From the NCBI GenBank assembly GCA_963663385.2, contig CAXXXD010000002.1:992001-1056000 (forward strand): DNA of 64,000 nucleotides. Direction: 5' to 3'. This DNA is from Oceanispirochaeta sp. GTDB lineage: Bacteria; Spirochaetota; Spirochaetia; DSM-2461. The translations under genes and the position numbers were made by a program. Under the pieces are notes generated by a model. That model did no database searches, had not been told where the DNA came from, and saw only the letters and a list, made by a program, of their open reading frames with translations. Each line of letters begins with the position of its first letter. Within the stretch, counting starts at the first letter, position 1. Positions 49,809-60,480 of this stretch are shown piece after piece.

Positions 49809-50737
49809 CACCGGAAATAATGGATCAGGTCATATTCGGTATGGAAAACCAGAACGAAGATATGGTTCTGGATTGTGAAAATGCCCTGGTTATGCCCCGG
49901 ACCGCCATAAAGGCTGATGCGGAAGGGGATGACCCGGAGGAGGAGCGATACTTTGATCTTCCCTGCTGGACTCCTTCCGATGGATTCCGGGTTATGGAGG
50001 GTTTTGCGGGGGCGTTGAAAAATCCGATTTACAGGGAGCGGCTGAGGGATATCCTGAATTCCGGCCGCGGGGTATTCCGCGGGTTTAAAAATGTTCTGAA
50101 AGAGCGTCCCGATCTGGAAAAAAAATGGTTCCTCTACAAGGAACGTTTTATGAAACAGAGGGTTAAAGAGTGGTATACGGATCTTTGCGGTTACTGGGAA
50201 GCCCGTGATGCAGGGGAAGAACCGGCAGAGACGGATGATCTCTTTCAGGAGGAATTCAGTATACAAACGGCAGAGGACAGCGATCCGGATTTTCTGCAGG
50301 GACGACAGGCCTTTATTGAAGAGATCTACAGGGAATCTCCCCCCAATCTTCGTAAAATACTGGAACGTCAGAGTAACTGGCGCGGCAGACCGGCGGATCT
50401 GGTTCTGAAATCCCTTACTCCCGAGGGGAGTTTCTGCGGAGTGCTGAGCGCTTTTATCGATGAATGTGACGACTTTGAGGGGGAACAGGTTTTTCTTTTC
50501 CTGGATGCCCTTTATGTGTTACCGGAATTCCGGGGGGCCGGAATTGCTTCAGGGCTGATGGATAAGGCAGCAGAACTCTGTCATGAGAAAGGGATCAGCC
50601 GTATGGTATCATTTATGCCTCCCGAGGGAGATGTCATGGTGGAAAATCTGAAACGTAAAGGGTTTATAACGTTCCGCAGTACTATGACGCTGGATATCCA
50701 GGCCTGGTACTACGAAACGTACTCTTCGGGGAAATAA
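49787..50737 (+). CDS. UPF0158-like N-terminal domain fused to a GNAT acetyltransferase
   Basis: GFRVME.F......P..R..L..IL..GRGVFRGFKNVL......W; C-terminal LYVLPEFRGAGIAS.LM (GNAT motif A). Confidence 0.75.
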   Translation: MPRHFKMTPEIMDQVIFGMENQNEDMVLDCENALVMPRTAIKADAEGDDPEEERYFDLPCWTPSDGFRVMEGFAGALKNPIYRERLRDILNSGRGVFRGFKNVLKERPDLEKKWFLYKERFMKQRVKEWYTDLCGYWEARDAGEEPAETDDLFQEEFSIQTAEDSDPDFLQGRQAFIEEIYRESPPNLRKILERQSNWRGRPADLVLKSLTPEGSFCGVLSAFIDECDDFEGEQVFLFLDALYVLPEFRGAGIASGLMDKAAELCHEKGISRMVSFMPPEGDVMVENLKRKGFITFRSTMTLDIQAWYYETYSSGK

Positions 50738-50785
50738 AATCCTCAACCCCCGGGTAGAGGATTATTTAAAAAGATCACTGTAAAT

Positions 50786-51667
50786 TTACAGCAGTTTCTC
50801 TCGTTCTTTTTCTGCCGCCAGGTGCATCTTTTCCAGCTCTTCCATCACCTGGTCCACAACATACTGTTTGGGATCGGTTCCTTCCGGAGCATGATTGATT
50901 TTATCCTGGCGGAATTCCTTTCCTGATATGGGTTCAGATACGGTAAAACGGATAATATCCTGATTTACCGTGTCTTTTTCCATATCATCTTCCTGGCAGG
51001 GAATCAGGAGATTCCCGTTAATGCTGATAAACTCGATGTAATCAAAGGCTTTGAGATAGGTGTAGATTTCTCTTACCCCTTTCTTTGAATCCGGAACCCA
51101 GGGCCTGTACCTCGTTCCGGCGGGGAAAACAATAATAATATGGCCGTTATATTTTCTGCGGGTCAGTTCCCTCATGGCAGCATGGTTGATGGGATTGCTG
51201 ATCTTCTTGATCTCCGCCTGTTTCACCGGATCTTTTTCCGCATCTATGGAACGGCTGGGATAGATAACAATTGTTGTATAGGAATTGGAAAAAGCCGCTG
51301 TCAGATCGCTCCCTTCGGAGAGCTTCATTCCCTGAATGGGGATCAGGCAGTCTGCCACGTCCGGTCCCAGGTCAGGGTGTTTTTCTATAAGTCTGTAAAG
51401 AGCCGGGTAGTCGAAATTGCTGTAGTGTTCAATCAGTAGAAGGCAGGATTTTCCCGATTTGGCATAATCATAAAGCTTTTTGAGGTTTTCAGGGTTTACA
51501 ATGCTGCTGCCGGGTTTCATTATTTTTTCAAGTAATCCGCCGATAATCTCCCTGTTGGCTGCAACGCCTTCCAGGTATATATTGTCAGGTCTGGCTTTGT
51601 AATCACCGGTCAGATTTTTTTTCATTTCAGCCGCCATGGGCATAAACTGGTCTATTGATATATCCAT
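50786..51667 (-). CDS. Glycerol-3-phosphate / 1-acyl-G3P acyltransferase (PlsC-family)
   Basis: EHYSNFD (HxxxxD) and VFPAGTR motifs. Confidence 0.85.
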   Translation of the reverse strand: MDISIDQFMPMAAEMKKNLTGDYKARPDNIYLEGVAANREIIGGLLEKIMKPGSSIVNPENLKKLYDYAKSGKSCLLLIEHYSNFDYPALYRLIEKHPDLGPDVADCLIPIQGMKLSEGSDLTAAFSNSYTTIVIYPSRSIDAEKDPVKQAEIKKISNPINHAAMRELTRRKYNGHIIIVFPAGTRYRPWVPDSKKGVREIYTYLKAFDYIEFISINGNLLIPCQEDDMEKDTVNQDIIRFTVSEPISGKEFRQDKINHAPEGTDPKQYVVDQVMEELEKMHLAAEKEREKLL

Positions 51668-51755
51668 AAGTTAAATAATGCCCCTATTGAAGGGATTTTA
51701 CAAGCCATCGCATATAATAAATATATGTTGTACCTTAGGGACAGGAGTCGTACGA

Positions 51756-53381
51756 ATGAGTCTGAATCGTTGGTTTTTTCTAGGAATCTTTTTGATCGTT
51801 TTTGCACATGTTTCGGCCCGCGGACAGAAGGATCAGTCCGAGGAAGCACAGTTTTATGAGTTCCGCATTGCTCATCCCGGCCGGGAGGATGAAAATCAGC
51901 CTCCTGTTCCGGATCCCCATTTCATTGTGGAACCGGCCGATCTCCGTCTCTGGGAAGCCCTTACTGAGGGGCTGGTTGTCAGAGATCCTCTTACAGGCGA
52001 TGGAATCCCCGGTCTGGCCGAGAGCTGGGATATCAGTTCTGATGGAAGGGTCTATACATTTCATTTGCGGGACAGTTCCTGGCAGGACGGTACCCCTGTC
52101 AGTGCAAATCAGGCTGCCCTGTCCTGGAAACGACTCCTGGACCCCGAACTTGATTCTCCCCATGCCTGGTATCTGGCCATGTTTGTCGAAGGAGCCTCCG
52201 AATACAGGGAACAGAAAATACCCTGGAAAGAAGTAGGTATAAAGGCTCTTGATGACAAAACCCTGAGAGTGGAGCTTTCCGGACCGTACCCGTTCTTTAT
52301 TAATGCCATGGCCCATCAGAGTTTTGCAGTTCTGCCTATGCATCTTCTGGAAATTGACGGGGATTGGGCCGTCCCCGATAGAATTGTCGGCAACGGGGCA
52401 TATTCGGTTCAGCTTCCTGTCAGCAGGTATCAAATCGTTCTTCAAAAAAGGACTGATTTTCATAGAGCCGGTCCGGATATGCCCGACAGAATTGTCCTGA
52501 AAGAGTTCAGTCGTTCAGATGAGGTTATCGAAGCGTACCGGAAAGGAGAACTGGATTGGGTTCCTGCAGATCAGTTCCCCCTGGCTGATCTGGATAATCT
52601 GAAATATGAAAAAGGCTTTATGACTTCCGCCCTGCAGGCATCCTATTTCCATATATTTAATACGGTCATGACTCCATTAAATGACAGACGCATCCGGCAG
52701 GCTATGAACCTCGCCATTGACCGGGAGGTTCTGACTGATACCATTTTGAGAGGGTGCCAGATCCCTGCATATTCACCCGTACCGGAAATGAACGGTTTTT
52801 CTCCTTTGCAGCCTGAAGAAACCCTGCAGGATCTGCGGCGTCGGAAAGCGGTGGAACTGCTGAACCTTGCGGGATTTCCGGAAGGGAAGGGGATACCGGC
52901 GCTCAACATGATCTACCTGGAATCCGAAGGGCACCGCGCGGTTGCGGAATTTTTAAGGGATCAGTGGCGGGATGTACTGGGTATAACTGTTACGTTAAGC
53001 GGACGGGACAGCCTTTCCTACTACAACGATCGTAAAAACGGTTCCTTTGCCATTAGCCTGGGAGGATGGCAGGGAGCCTATCCGGATCCTATGGCTTTCC
53101 TCTGTCTTTTTCTGACAGGAGAACCGGTTTTCGGCAGAACCTATTCCAATCCCGAATACGACAAACTTCTGGTGGAAGCCGCTCTTGAAGGGGATCGGGA
53201 GAAACGCTTTGACATTCTTAGAAAAGCCGAAGTGCTGCTTTGTCTGGAAGATGCGGCACTGCTGCCTCTTTTTTACTACAGGGCGCCTCAACTGATTGAT
53301 TTGAAGAAGTGGGGAGGCTTCGCTCCCAACCCTCTGGATTCTCATCCCCTCTGGAATCTGACGAGGAGGGAAGGTTTCTGA
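51756..53381 (+). CDS. Peptide ABC transporter substrate-binding protein (OppA-like, SBP_bac_5)
   Basis: PGLAESWDIS.DG..YTFHLR..W.DG.P, D.RIRQA..LAIDRE, GW...YPDP..FL; ATG 51756 follows AGGAG. Confidence 0.9.
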   Translation: MSLNRWFFLGIFLIVFAHVSARGQKDQSEEAQFYEFRIAHPGREDENQPPVPDPHFIVEPADLRLWEALTEGLVVRDPLTGDGIPGLAESWDISSDGRVYTFHLRDSSWQDGTPVSANQAALSWKRLLDPELDSPHAWYLAMFVEGASEYREQKIPWKEVGIKALDDKTLRVELSGPYPFFINAMAHQSFAVLPMHLLEIDGDWAVPDRIVGNGAYSVQLPVSRYQIVLQKRTDFHRAGPDMPDRIVLKEFSRSDEVIEAYRKGELDWVPADQFPLADLDNLKYEKGFMTSALQASYFHIFNTVMTPLNDRRIRQAMNLAIDREVLTDTILRGCQIPAYSPVPEMNGFSPLQPEETLQDLRRRKAVELLNLAGFPEGKGIPALNMIYLESEGHRAVAEFLRDQWRDVLGITVTLSGRDSLSYYNDRKNGSFAISLGGWQGAYPDPMAFLCLFLTGEPVFGRTYSNPEYDKLLVEAALEGDREKRFDILRKAEVLLCLEDAALLPLFYYRAPQLIDLKKWGGFAPNPLDSHPLWNLTRREGF

Positions 53382-53767
53382 TTGAGGAAATTGTATGCAT
53401 CAAGCGGGAGAATAGCCCTGTATTATAGTAAATTTAATATGTTTTCTATAAAATGAACCGCAAATCAGCAAACGTTTATTTACGGGAATATTTTTTGTAT
53501 TTTTATCGGTCGCTGCAGGGGATGTCGAACTCTATTCCACTTAGAATTCCAAAAGGGGAAAATTATGCATTCTGTATGCACGCAGTGTGCATTCCTGTCC
53601 TGAAGCCGGCTGGCTTGCGGCATTGTTCAAATCACATCTTTACATTGACTTATCATCAAAATGTTGGTTAAATAATATTTTACTCTACTAGAGTTATGCC
53701 CATTTATTGGACACTGGCTCTTTCCCGGAGTATAATTTTCTACAAATTCTTATAAGGAGTATTTTAC

Positions 53768-55414
53768 GTGAAAAAAGTAGTTTTGTTTACTTTGGTTTTC
53801 GCACTGCTCGCCCCTCTTGCCGTTTTTGCCGGCGGTCAGCAGGAAGCAGACAGCGCCAGTGTTGAAACCTCCAAGGCTCCCGTTGTTATGAACTGGAACC
53901 TGGCATCTGATCCTAAAACAATTGATCCCGGTCTGAATGGAGCCTCGGATGGAGGTGATATTATCAGTAATACGTTCGAAGGGCTTGTCCGTGAAAGAAG
54001 CGGTGAAGTTATTCCAGGTATTGCTAAATCCTGGGATATTTCTGAAGATGGAAAGACTATCACTTTTCACTTAAGAGAATCTAAATGGTCAGACGGATCC
54101 CCTCTGACTGCTCACGATTTCGTATATGGCTGGAAAAGAGCAATTGATCCTGCCACAGCTTCCGAATATGGCTGGATATGGCATTATACTAACGTTGTCA
54201 ATGCCGAAGCTGCCAATAACGGTGAAGTTTCACTGGATGAAGTTGGCATCAGAGCAATTGATGACCTGACTTTTGAAGTTTCTCTTTCTGCTCCTACAGA
54301 ATACTTTGTTTCTCTTTCTTCTTTCTATCATTTCAGACCTATCAAGAAGTCTGTTGCTGAAGATCCCGCAGGTGCTGAAGGCGCATGGGCCAAAAATCCC
54401 AAGCTGGCTGTTTCCAATGGTCCCTATAAACTGACTTCCTACACTATCGGTGACGGTCTGACTCTTGAGAAGAATGAATACTTCTGGAATGCCGATAAAG
54501 TCGGATTAGATATTATTAACGTAAAATTTATTGATGCTGCGTCTACAGGTTACAATGCCTATAAAGCAGGTGAGTTTGATTTCCTTCATCAGAATTCCAT
54601 TCCTCCCGCAGAGGTTCCTGCTCTGATCGCCGAGAATCCCGAATTCTACGTTTATCCCCTGTTGGGAACCTACTACTATAATTTCAATATGGATCTTGAA
54701 ATGTGGCAGGATGTCAGAGTCAGAAAAGCTCTGGCCTATGCTATCGACAGAGAGAAAATTGTTGAAACCAAAGCCAGTGGAGAAGTTCCTGCTGCCGGAT
54801 TCATTCCTCCCGGATTCCCCGATGCAGATGGCAAGGACTTTTTCGAAACTGCAGGTACCTATGGTGTATCAACCGATAGTGGTTCTGTAAAAGAAGCGCA
54901 GAGACTTCTTGCAGAAGCCGGTTATCCCGGAGGTAAGGGATTCCCCACATTTACTCTTATGTACAATACGGCAGAAAGCCATCAGCTGGTTGCGGAAATG
55001 GTGCAGGAAATGTGGAAAACCAACCTGGGTATCGAATGTACTCTTGAAAATCAGGAATGGGCTGTATTTCAGGACACCAGAAAACAGGGCGATTATGAAG
55101 TGGCTCGCGGTGGCTGGCTGACAGACTTCCTGGATCCAATGGGTCTTCTGGCTATTTTCGAAGAAGGCAATGACTACAACGATCCCAACTACAATAATCC
55201 TGCCTATAATGCAGCAATGGCAGAAGCTTCTTCCTCTTACGGAAAAAAGCATTTTGACGCTCTGTACAAAGCTCAGGATATTCTGATGAACGATATGCCT
55301 ATCGTTCCTGTGTACCATTACACAGACTTTTTCCTTTCCAGTCCCAAACTGAAGGGCTGGGACAGAAGCATGCTTGGTCAGATGGACTTCAGCACTGCTT
55401 ACATTCAGGAATAA
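53768..55414 (+). CDS. oppA: Oligopeptide ABC transporter substrate-binding protein
   Basis: FAGGQQE leader, DP.TIDP, WSDGSPLTAHDFVY, VSNGPY.L, DVRVRKAL..AIDRE. Confidence 0.93.
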   Translation: MKKVVLFTLVFALLAPLAVFAGGQQEADSASVETSKAPVVMNWNLASDPKTIDPGLNGASDGGDIISNTFEGLVRERSGEVIPGIAKSWDISEDGKTITFHLRESKWSDGSPLTAHDFVYGWKRAIDPATASEYGWIWHYTNVVNAEAANNGEVSLDEVGIRAIDDLTFEVSLSAPTEYFVSLSSFYHFRPIKKSVAEDPAGAEGAWAKNPKLAVSNGPYKLTSYTIGDGLTLEKNEYFWNADKVGLDIINVKFIDAASTGYNAYKAGEFDFLHQNSIPPAEVPALIAENPEFYVYPLLGTYYYNFNMDLEMWQDVRVRKALAYAIDREKIVETKASGEVPAAGFIPPGFPDADGKDFFETAGTYGVSTDSGSVKEAQRLLAEAGYPGGKGFPTFTLMYNTAESHQLVAEMVQEMWKTNLGIECTLENQEWAVFQDTRKQGDYEVARGGWLTDFLDPMGLLAIFEEGNDYNDPNYNNPAYNAAMAEASSSYGKKHFDALYKAQDILMNDMPIVPVYHYTDFFLSSPKLKGWDRSMLGQMDFSTAYIQE

Positions 55415-55435
55415 AAAACTAAAAATGTAATTCAT

Positions 55436-55465
55436 GGGGCTGTTCAACTGGGACAGCCCCTTTTT
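55436..55465 (+). terminator. Intra-operon stem-loop/terminator after oppA
   Basis: GGGGCTGT...ACAGCCCC-TTTTT. Confidence 0.7.
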
Positions 55466-55478
55466 AAGGAGTCAATGT

Positions 55479-56408
55479 ATGAGACATTATATCGTACGGC
55501 GCCTGATTTATTCTGTGTTGACAATCATTATGATTGCAACAGTGACTTTCTTTATGATGCACTCCATTCCCGGAGGACCTTTTACAAGAGAGCGGCCGGT
55601 ACCCCCGGAAATCATGCGTGTACTGAATGAGAAGTACCATCTGGATGATCCGCTTTGGAAGCAGTACGTGGATTATATGAAAGGCCTGTTTTCCTTTGAT
55701 CTGGGACCCTCTTTTTCAAAAATAGGGACATCGGTTAATGACCTGATTATTTCCGGGTTCCCCTTGACGGCTCGTGTCGGCGGGTTGGCCGTTATTCTGA
55801 TTATTCTTCTGGGAGTTCCGGTTGGAATCATATCTGCTTTAAAACAGAATCAGCCAATCGACTACTTTGTGATGTTTATGGCAACCCTGGGGGTCACGAT
55901 TCCCAGTTTTGTTATTGCCACTCTCATTATTTTCGTTTTTTCCGGTAAACTGGGGTGGATTCCGCCATTCGGTTTAAGTACACCTGCCAGTTATATCGGT
56001 CCGGTAGTTGCTCTTTCCGGTTATTCCCTCTCCTTTGTGGCCAGATTGACCCGTTCCAGCATGCTGGAAGTCCTTCGGCAGGATTATGTCCGGACAGCCA
56101 GGGCGAATGGTCTTCGTGAGTATTCGGTTATCGGTAAGCATGCCGTGAAAAATGCTTTAATTCCCGTTGTCACCTATATCGGTCCGACAGTCGCTGCTCT
56201 TATGACCGGATCTTTTGTAGTAGAAAGGATTTTTGCAATTCCCGGTATCGGACGCTATTTTGTAGAAAGCGTTTCAAATAGAGATTATACAACTATTATG
56301 GGGGTAACAGTCCTCTATGCTGCGTTCTATGTTTTAATGGTCTTTATCGTAGATCTGCTCTATGCCGTAATAGATCCGCGGATACGTTTTGAGAAGGAGA
56401 CGGGTTGA
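55479..56408 (+). CDS. oppB: Oligopeptide ABC transporter permease
   Basis: PGGPF, DLGPS, RSSMLEVL.QDYVRTARA.G, DPRIR; ATG 55479 follows AAGGAG. Confidence 0.95.
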   Translation: MRHYIVRRLIYSVLTIIMIATVTFFMMHSIPGGPFTRERPVPPEIMRVLNEKYHLDDPLWKQYVDYMKGLFSFDLGPSFSKIGTSVNDLIISGFPLTARVGGLAVILIILLGVPVGIISALKQNQPIDYFVMFMATLGVTIPSFVIATLIIFVFSGKLGWIPPFGLSTPASYIGPVVALSGYSLSFVARLTRSSMLEVLRQDYVRTARANGLREYSVIGKHAVKNALIPVVTYIGPTVAALMTGSFVVERIFAIPGIGRYFVESVSNRDYTTIMGVTVLYAAFYVLMVFIVDLLYAVIDPRIRFEKETG

Positions 56409-56411
56409 TTT

Positions 56412-57599
56412 ATGGAAGCAACAGATTTTCAATTTATTGATAAAACAGTAAAAGAAATCCCTGAGCAAATGCGTCCCAGTTTAACGTACTGGCAGGATGC
56501 ATGGCGGCGATTAAAAAAACATAGAATGGCCATGGTCGGCCTTGTCGGAGTTATTTGTATACTCTGTTTTGCTATTTTCGGCCCAATGATGGTAAGTAAA
56601 ACCTACTCAGATCAGAATCTGGACTATTCCAATCTTCCTCCCCGGATGGAAATCTATCAGCTGGATGAAGATTATTTTGTATTCTTAACAAATGATTATA
56701 AGCTCCTGAGAGTATCTGGTTCAGGCGAGATTCTCACTAGGCTGGAGCGGGTTAAAACAGATCCAATTAAAAAACTTTATACTTATCAGGATGAAGACCT
56801 GAAGGTTGTTCTGGATTTTTCCTACAACCTTCTACCGGATAAAATGAATAGCCCCTTTGATTATTCCTTTCTCTACAAAGGAGAGGAAATCACTGAAACA
56901 TATAAAATGGTTTTTAACAGAACCTATCCGTTTGGAAGCGATATCCTGGGACGGGATTTACTGGTTAGAGTTATGTACGGTGCCAGAATCTCCCTGACGA
57001 TTGCAATTGTTGCAACTCTTGTAAATTTGCTGATAGGTGTTTTTTATGGAAGCCTGGCAGGTTATGAAGGGGGGCGGACGGATATGCTTATGATGCGTTT
57101 TGTTGATATCCTGAACTCCATACCTCTGGTCCTCTATGTAATTCTTATTATGGTGATTGTCGGGAATCGCGGTTTATGGACTATGACTATCGCCCTGGGC
57201 AGTGTCTACTGGGTGCAGATGGCCCGTCTTGTCCGCGGACAGATGCTCAGCCTGAAAAATCAGGAGTTTGTACTGGCGGCTCAGGCATTAGGCGTTTCAC
57301 GTAACCAGATCATTACCCGTCATCTGATTCCCAACGCTATGGGTCCCATTATTGTATCCATGACGATGCTGATCCCCTCCGCTATCTTTACTGAAGCCTT
57401 TATAGGTTTTATCGGACTGGGTGTTTCGGCTCCTATGGCATCATGGGGAACCCTGGCCAATGATGCCCTGGCTGGTTTGCTCTCCTATCCCTATCAGCTT
57501 TTCTTTCCGGCAATGGCAATTGCCGTTACCATGCTCTCCTTTAACTTCCTGGGAGACGGACTGCGGGATGCGCTGGATCCCAGATTGAGGAAAGGATAA
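56412..57599 (+). CDS. oppC: Oligopeptide ABC transporter permease (with extracytoplasmic insert)
   Basis: YWQDAWRRL, FGSD.LGRD, EFVLAA.ALG, GDGLRDALDPR. Confidence 0.95.
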   Translation: MEATDFQFIDKTVKEIPEQMRPSLTYWQDAWRRLKKHRMAMVGLVGVICILCFAIFGPMMVSKTYSDQNLDYSNLPPRMEIYQLDEDYFVFLTNDYKLLRVSGSGEILTRLERVKTDPIKKLYTYQDEDLKVVLDFSYNLLPDKMNSPFDYSFLYKGEEITETYKMVFNRTYPFGSDILGRDLLVRVMYGARISLTIAIVATLVNLLIGVFYGSLAGYEGGRTDMLMMRFVDILNSIPLVLYVILIMVIVGNRGLWTMTIALGSVYWVQMARLVRGQMLSLKNQEFVLAAQALGVSRNQIITRHLIPNAMGPIIVSMTMLIPSAIFTEAFIGFIGLGVSAPMASWGTLANDALAGLLSYPYQLFFPAMAIAVTMLSFNFLGDGLRDALDPRLRKG

Positions 57600-57603
57600 T
57601 TTT

Positions 57604-58626
57604 ATGAGCGATGAAATACTGTTAGAACTTAAAGATGTGAGAACATCTTTCTATACTCACCACGGCGAAGTTCAGGCCGTAAGAGGTTCCTCTTTTAAAC
57701 TGCGCAAGGGCGATGTGCTCGGTATTGTCGGGGAGTCGGGTTCCGGAAAAAGCGTTACTTCCCTTTCCATTATGGGTTTGATTGAAGAGCCCGGAAAAAT
57801 CAAGAGCGGCGAGATTATATTCGATGGCAAGAATCTGGCGAAAATGAGTCAGAAAGAGCTGTCTGACATGAGGGGTAATGAAATCGCCATGATCTTTCAG
57901 GACCCCATGACTTCTCTTAATCCGGTTTATACAATCCGGAATCAGATGATTGAAGTCATCCGGCGGCATCAGAAGGTTTCTGTCAGGGAAGCCCATAATC
58001 AGGCGGTCGAAATGCTTCGTCTGGTCGGTATTCCAGAGCCGGAAAAACGAATCTACAATTATCCCCATGAATTCTCCGGTGGTATGAGGCAGAGGGTAAT
58101 GATTGCAACGGCTCTCTCCTGCAACCCCCGGCTGCTGATTGCGGATGAACCCACAACAGCTCTGGACGTTACCATTCAGGCTCAGATTCTGGAACTGATG
58201 AACGATCTGAAAGAGAAGATCGATGCTTCAATCATACTTATTACTCATGACCTTGGGGTTATTGCAGAGGTATGCGACCACATCGTTGTTATGTATGGCG
58301 GTACGATTATGGAAAAGGGAACAGAACGGGATATCTTCTACAATCCTCAGAACCCCTACACCGTAGGTCTGCATAAATCTGTTCCAAAAATAACAGAAGG
58401 GGATGAGGAACGTCTTGTTCCAATCGAAGGAACTCCTCCTGATCTGATGCACCCCCCCGAAGGCTGTGCTTTTTCTCCCAGATGCCCCCATACCATGGAA
58501 ATCTGCCTGAAAAAACAGCCCCCTACCTTTAAGCTCAGTGAAACCCACAGTTCGGCCTGCTGGCTGCTTCACAAGGATGCTCCACAGGTCGAAAAATATG
58601 AAAAGGCAGGTGACGAAGTTGAGTAA
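57604..58626 (+). CDS. oppD: Oligopeptide ABC transporter ATP-binding protein
   Basis: [31 protein letters not shown]-terminal Cys motif. Confidence 0.96.
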   Translation: MSDEILLELKDVRTSFYTHHGEVQAVRGSSFKLRKGDVLGIVGESGSGKSVTSLSIMGLIEEPGKIKSGEIIFDGKNLAKMSQKELSDMRGNEIAMIFQDPMTSLNPVYTIRNQMIEVIRRHQKVSVREAHNQAVEMLRLVGIPEPEKRIYNYPHEFSGGMRQRVMIATALSCNPRLLIADEPTTALDVTIQAQILELMNDLKEKIDASIILITHDLGVIAEVCDHIVVMYGGTIMEKGTERDIFYNPQNPYTVGLHKSVPKITEGDEERLVPIEGTPPDLMHPPEGCAFSPRCPHTMEICLKKQPPTFKLSETHSSACWLLHKDAPQVEKYEKAGDEVE

Positions 58627-59608
58627 TCAGGAACCTTTGCTGGAAATTAGGAATCTTAAGAAATACTTTTCCATCAACAGCGGTTTTTTAAGACCCAAAA
58701 AGCAGTATCTCAAGGCTGTGGATGATGTGTCCTTTCAGATCAGGCGGGGAGAGACTTTTGGTCTTGTGGGCGAGTCCGGCTGCGGCAAGTCAACAACAGG
58801 ACGAACCATCCTTGGTCTTTACAGGGCCACAGGCGGACAGGTTCTGTTTGATGGAACGGATCTGGCTCTAATCCCCGAAAAAGAGATGAAACCCTTCAGG
58901 AAACGGATTCAGATGATTTTTCAGGATCCCTACGCTTCCTTAAATGCCAGGATGACCGTAACCGATATTATCGGAGAAGGAATTACCACTCATCATATTG
59001 CTGACGGAGCGGAGCGGCAGGAAAGGATTTACAATCTCCTTCATCAGGTCGGGCTTAAGCGGGAGCATGCCAACCGCTATCCTCATGAGTTTTCGGGCGG
59101 TCAGAGGCAGAGAGTCGGTATTGCCCGTGCTCTGGCTGTAGAACCGGATCTGGTCGTTTGTGACGAACCTATATCGGCTCTGGATGTTTCCATTCAGGCC
59201 CAGGTAGTCAATATGATGCAGGATCTGCAGAAAGAAATGGGGCTGACCTATCTTTTTATTGCCCACGATCTTTCCATGGTGAAGTATATTTCAGATAGAA
59301 TCGGAGTTATGTACCTGGGGCAGATGATGGAGATTACTTCCAGTATCGAGATGTATAAAAATCCTCTTCATCCCTATACAAAGGCTCTTCTGTCGGCGAT
59401 CCCTGTACCGGATCCGGATGTTACACGAAGTAATAAAAGGGTTGTGCTTCAGGGCAGCGTTACAAGTCCGATCGACCCGCCCGAGGGGTGCCGGTTTGCT
59501 TCCCGGTGTCCCGAGTGCAGGGCCATCTGTAAAGAGATAACACCTTCTCTTGAAGAAGTAGGACCGGATCACTTTGCAGCCTGCCATGTTGTGCAGGGCA
59601 AAGCATAA
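58619..59608 (+). CDS. oppF: Oligopeptide ABC transporter ATP-binding protein
   Basis: [42 protein letters not shown] 58619 chosen as start. Confidence 0.95.
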   Translation: MSNQEPLLEIRNLKKYFSINSGFLRPKKQYLKAVDDVSFQIRRGETFGLVGESGCGKSTTGRTILGLYRATGGQVLFDGTDLALIPEKEMKPFRKRIQMIFQDPYASLNARMTVTDIIGEGITTHHIADGAERQERIYNLLHQVGLKREHANRYPHEFSGGQRQRVGIARALAVEPDLVVCDEPISALDVSIQAQVVNMMQDLQKEMGLTYLFIAHDLSMVKYISDRIGVMYLGQMMEITSSIEMYKNPLHPYTKALLSAIPVPDPDVTRSNKRVVLQGSVTSPIDPPEGCRFASRCPECRAICKEITPSLEEVGPDHFAACHVVQGKA

Positions 59609-59612
59609 AGCG

Positions 59613-59689
59613 GACCCCCTCCCAGTCTCCCCAAAAGGGAGATGCGACTTGCATGTTGCACCCCTCCTTCGGAGGGGATGGGGGAGGTC
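59613..59689. repeat. Pyrimidine/purine-skewed palindromic intergenic repeat (family member)
   Basis: GACCCCCTCCC.GTCTCCCC-aaaa-GGGAGA...CCCCTCC-ttc-GGAGGGG.TGGGGGAGGTC. Confidence 0.65.
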
Positions 59690-59733
59690 TGTTTAACCCT
59701 TCAACTTTTTCATATAACCGTGGATAATAGGGC

Positions 59734-60480
59734 ATGACAGACGAAGCTTCCCGTTTTCATATTATCTCTGTGGAGGATGATCCTTCAGTCGCCAAGGGAC
59801 TGATCCTGTCCATGGAATCAGCCGGGTACAGGGTCAGCCACTTTCTGAATGGTGAATCCTTTCTCAGGCAGATTGAGGATATGGATCCCTCGCTGCTGAT
59901 ACTTGATGTCCGCCTTCCGGGGAAAGACGGTTTTCTTATATGCCGGGAAGTCCGGCAGAGAGGATATAAATTCCCTATCCTGATGCTTACGGCCAGGGAT
60001 GATGAAACGGATAAAATTGCAGGATTGGAAGGCGGTGCGGATGATTATATGGTAAAACCCTTCAGCCTTAAAGAGCTGCAGTCCCGCATAAAAGCCATGC
60101 TGCGCCGTTCCTACGGGCAGCTCTCGGAAAATCCTGACTCATCCGGGAAAAAGTATGTCTTCGGTGATTTTCAGCTGAGTCAGGACCATATGAAACTGAT
60201 AAGAAACGGCGAGGAGACTGATTTGACCCCAATGGAGTTCCGTCTGCTTCTTTTCTTTTTAAAAAACAGAAATGGTGTATTCACAAGGCGGGAAATCCTT
60301 AATCGGGTATGGTCCGCCGATCATGATTATCATGGAGACGAAAGAACTGTGGATGTCCACATCAGGCACCTGAGGAAGAAAATCGAAACGAATCCCTCCG
60401 AACCAGTCTTTTTAAAGACCTTAAGAGGGGAGGGCTACAGATTTGAATTGAGAAAGGATGGGAATGGCAGCTTTTCTTGA
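59734..60480 (+). CDS. OmpR/PhoB-family response regulator
   Basis: VEDD, LILDV.LPG, MLTAR, GADDY..KPF, LT..EF.LL, RTVDVHI..LRKKIE, T.RG.GY. Confidence 0.96.
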   Translation: MTDEASRFHIISVEDDPSVAKGLILSMESAGYRVSHFLNGESFLRQIEDMDPSLLILDVRLPGKDGFLICREVRQRGYKFPILMLTARDDETDKIAGLEGGADDYMVKPFSLKELQSRIKAMLRRSYGQLSENPDSSGKKYVFGDFQLSQDHMKLIRNGEETDLTPMEFRLLLFFLKNRNGVFTRREILNRVWSADHDYHGDERTVDVHIRHLRKKIETNPSEPVFLKTLRGEGYRFELRKDGNGSFS

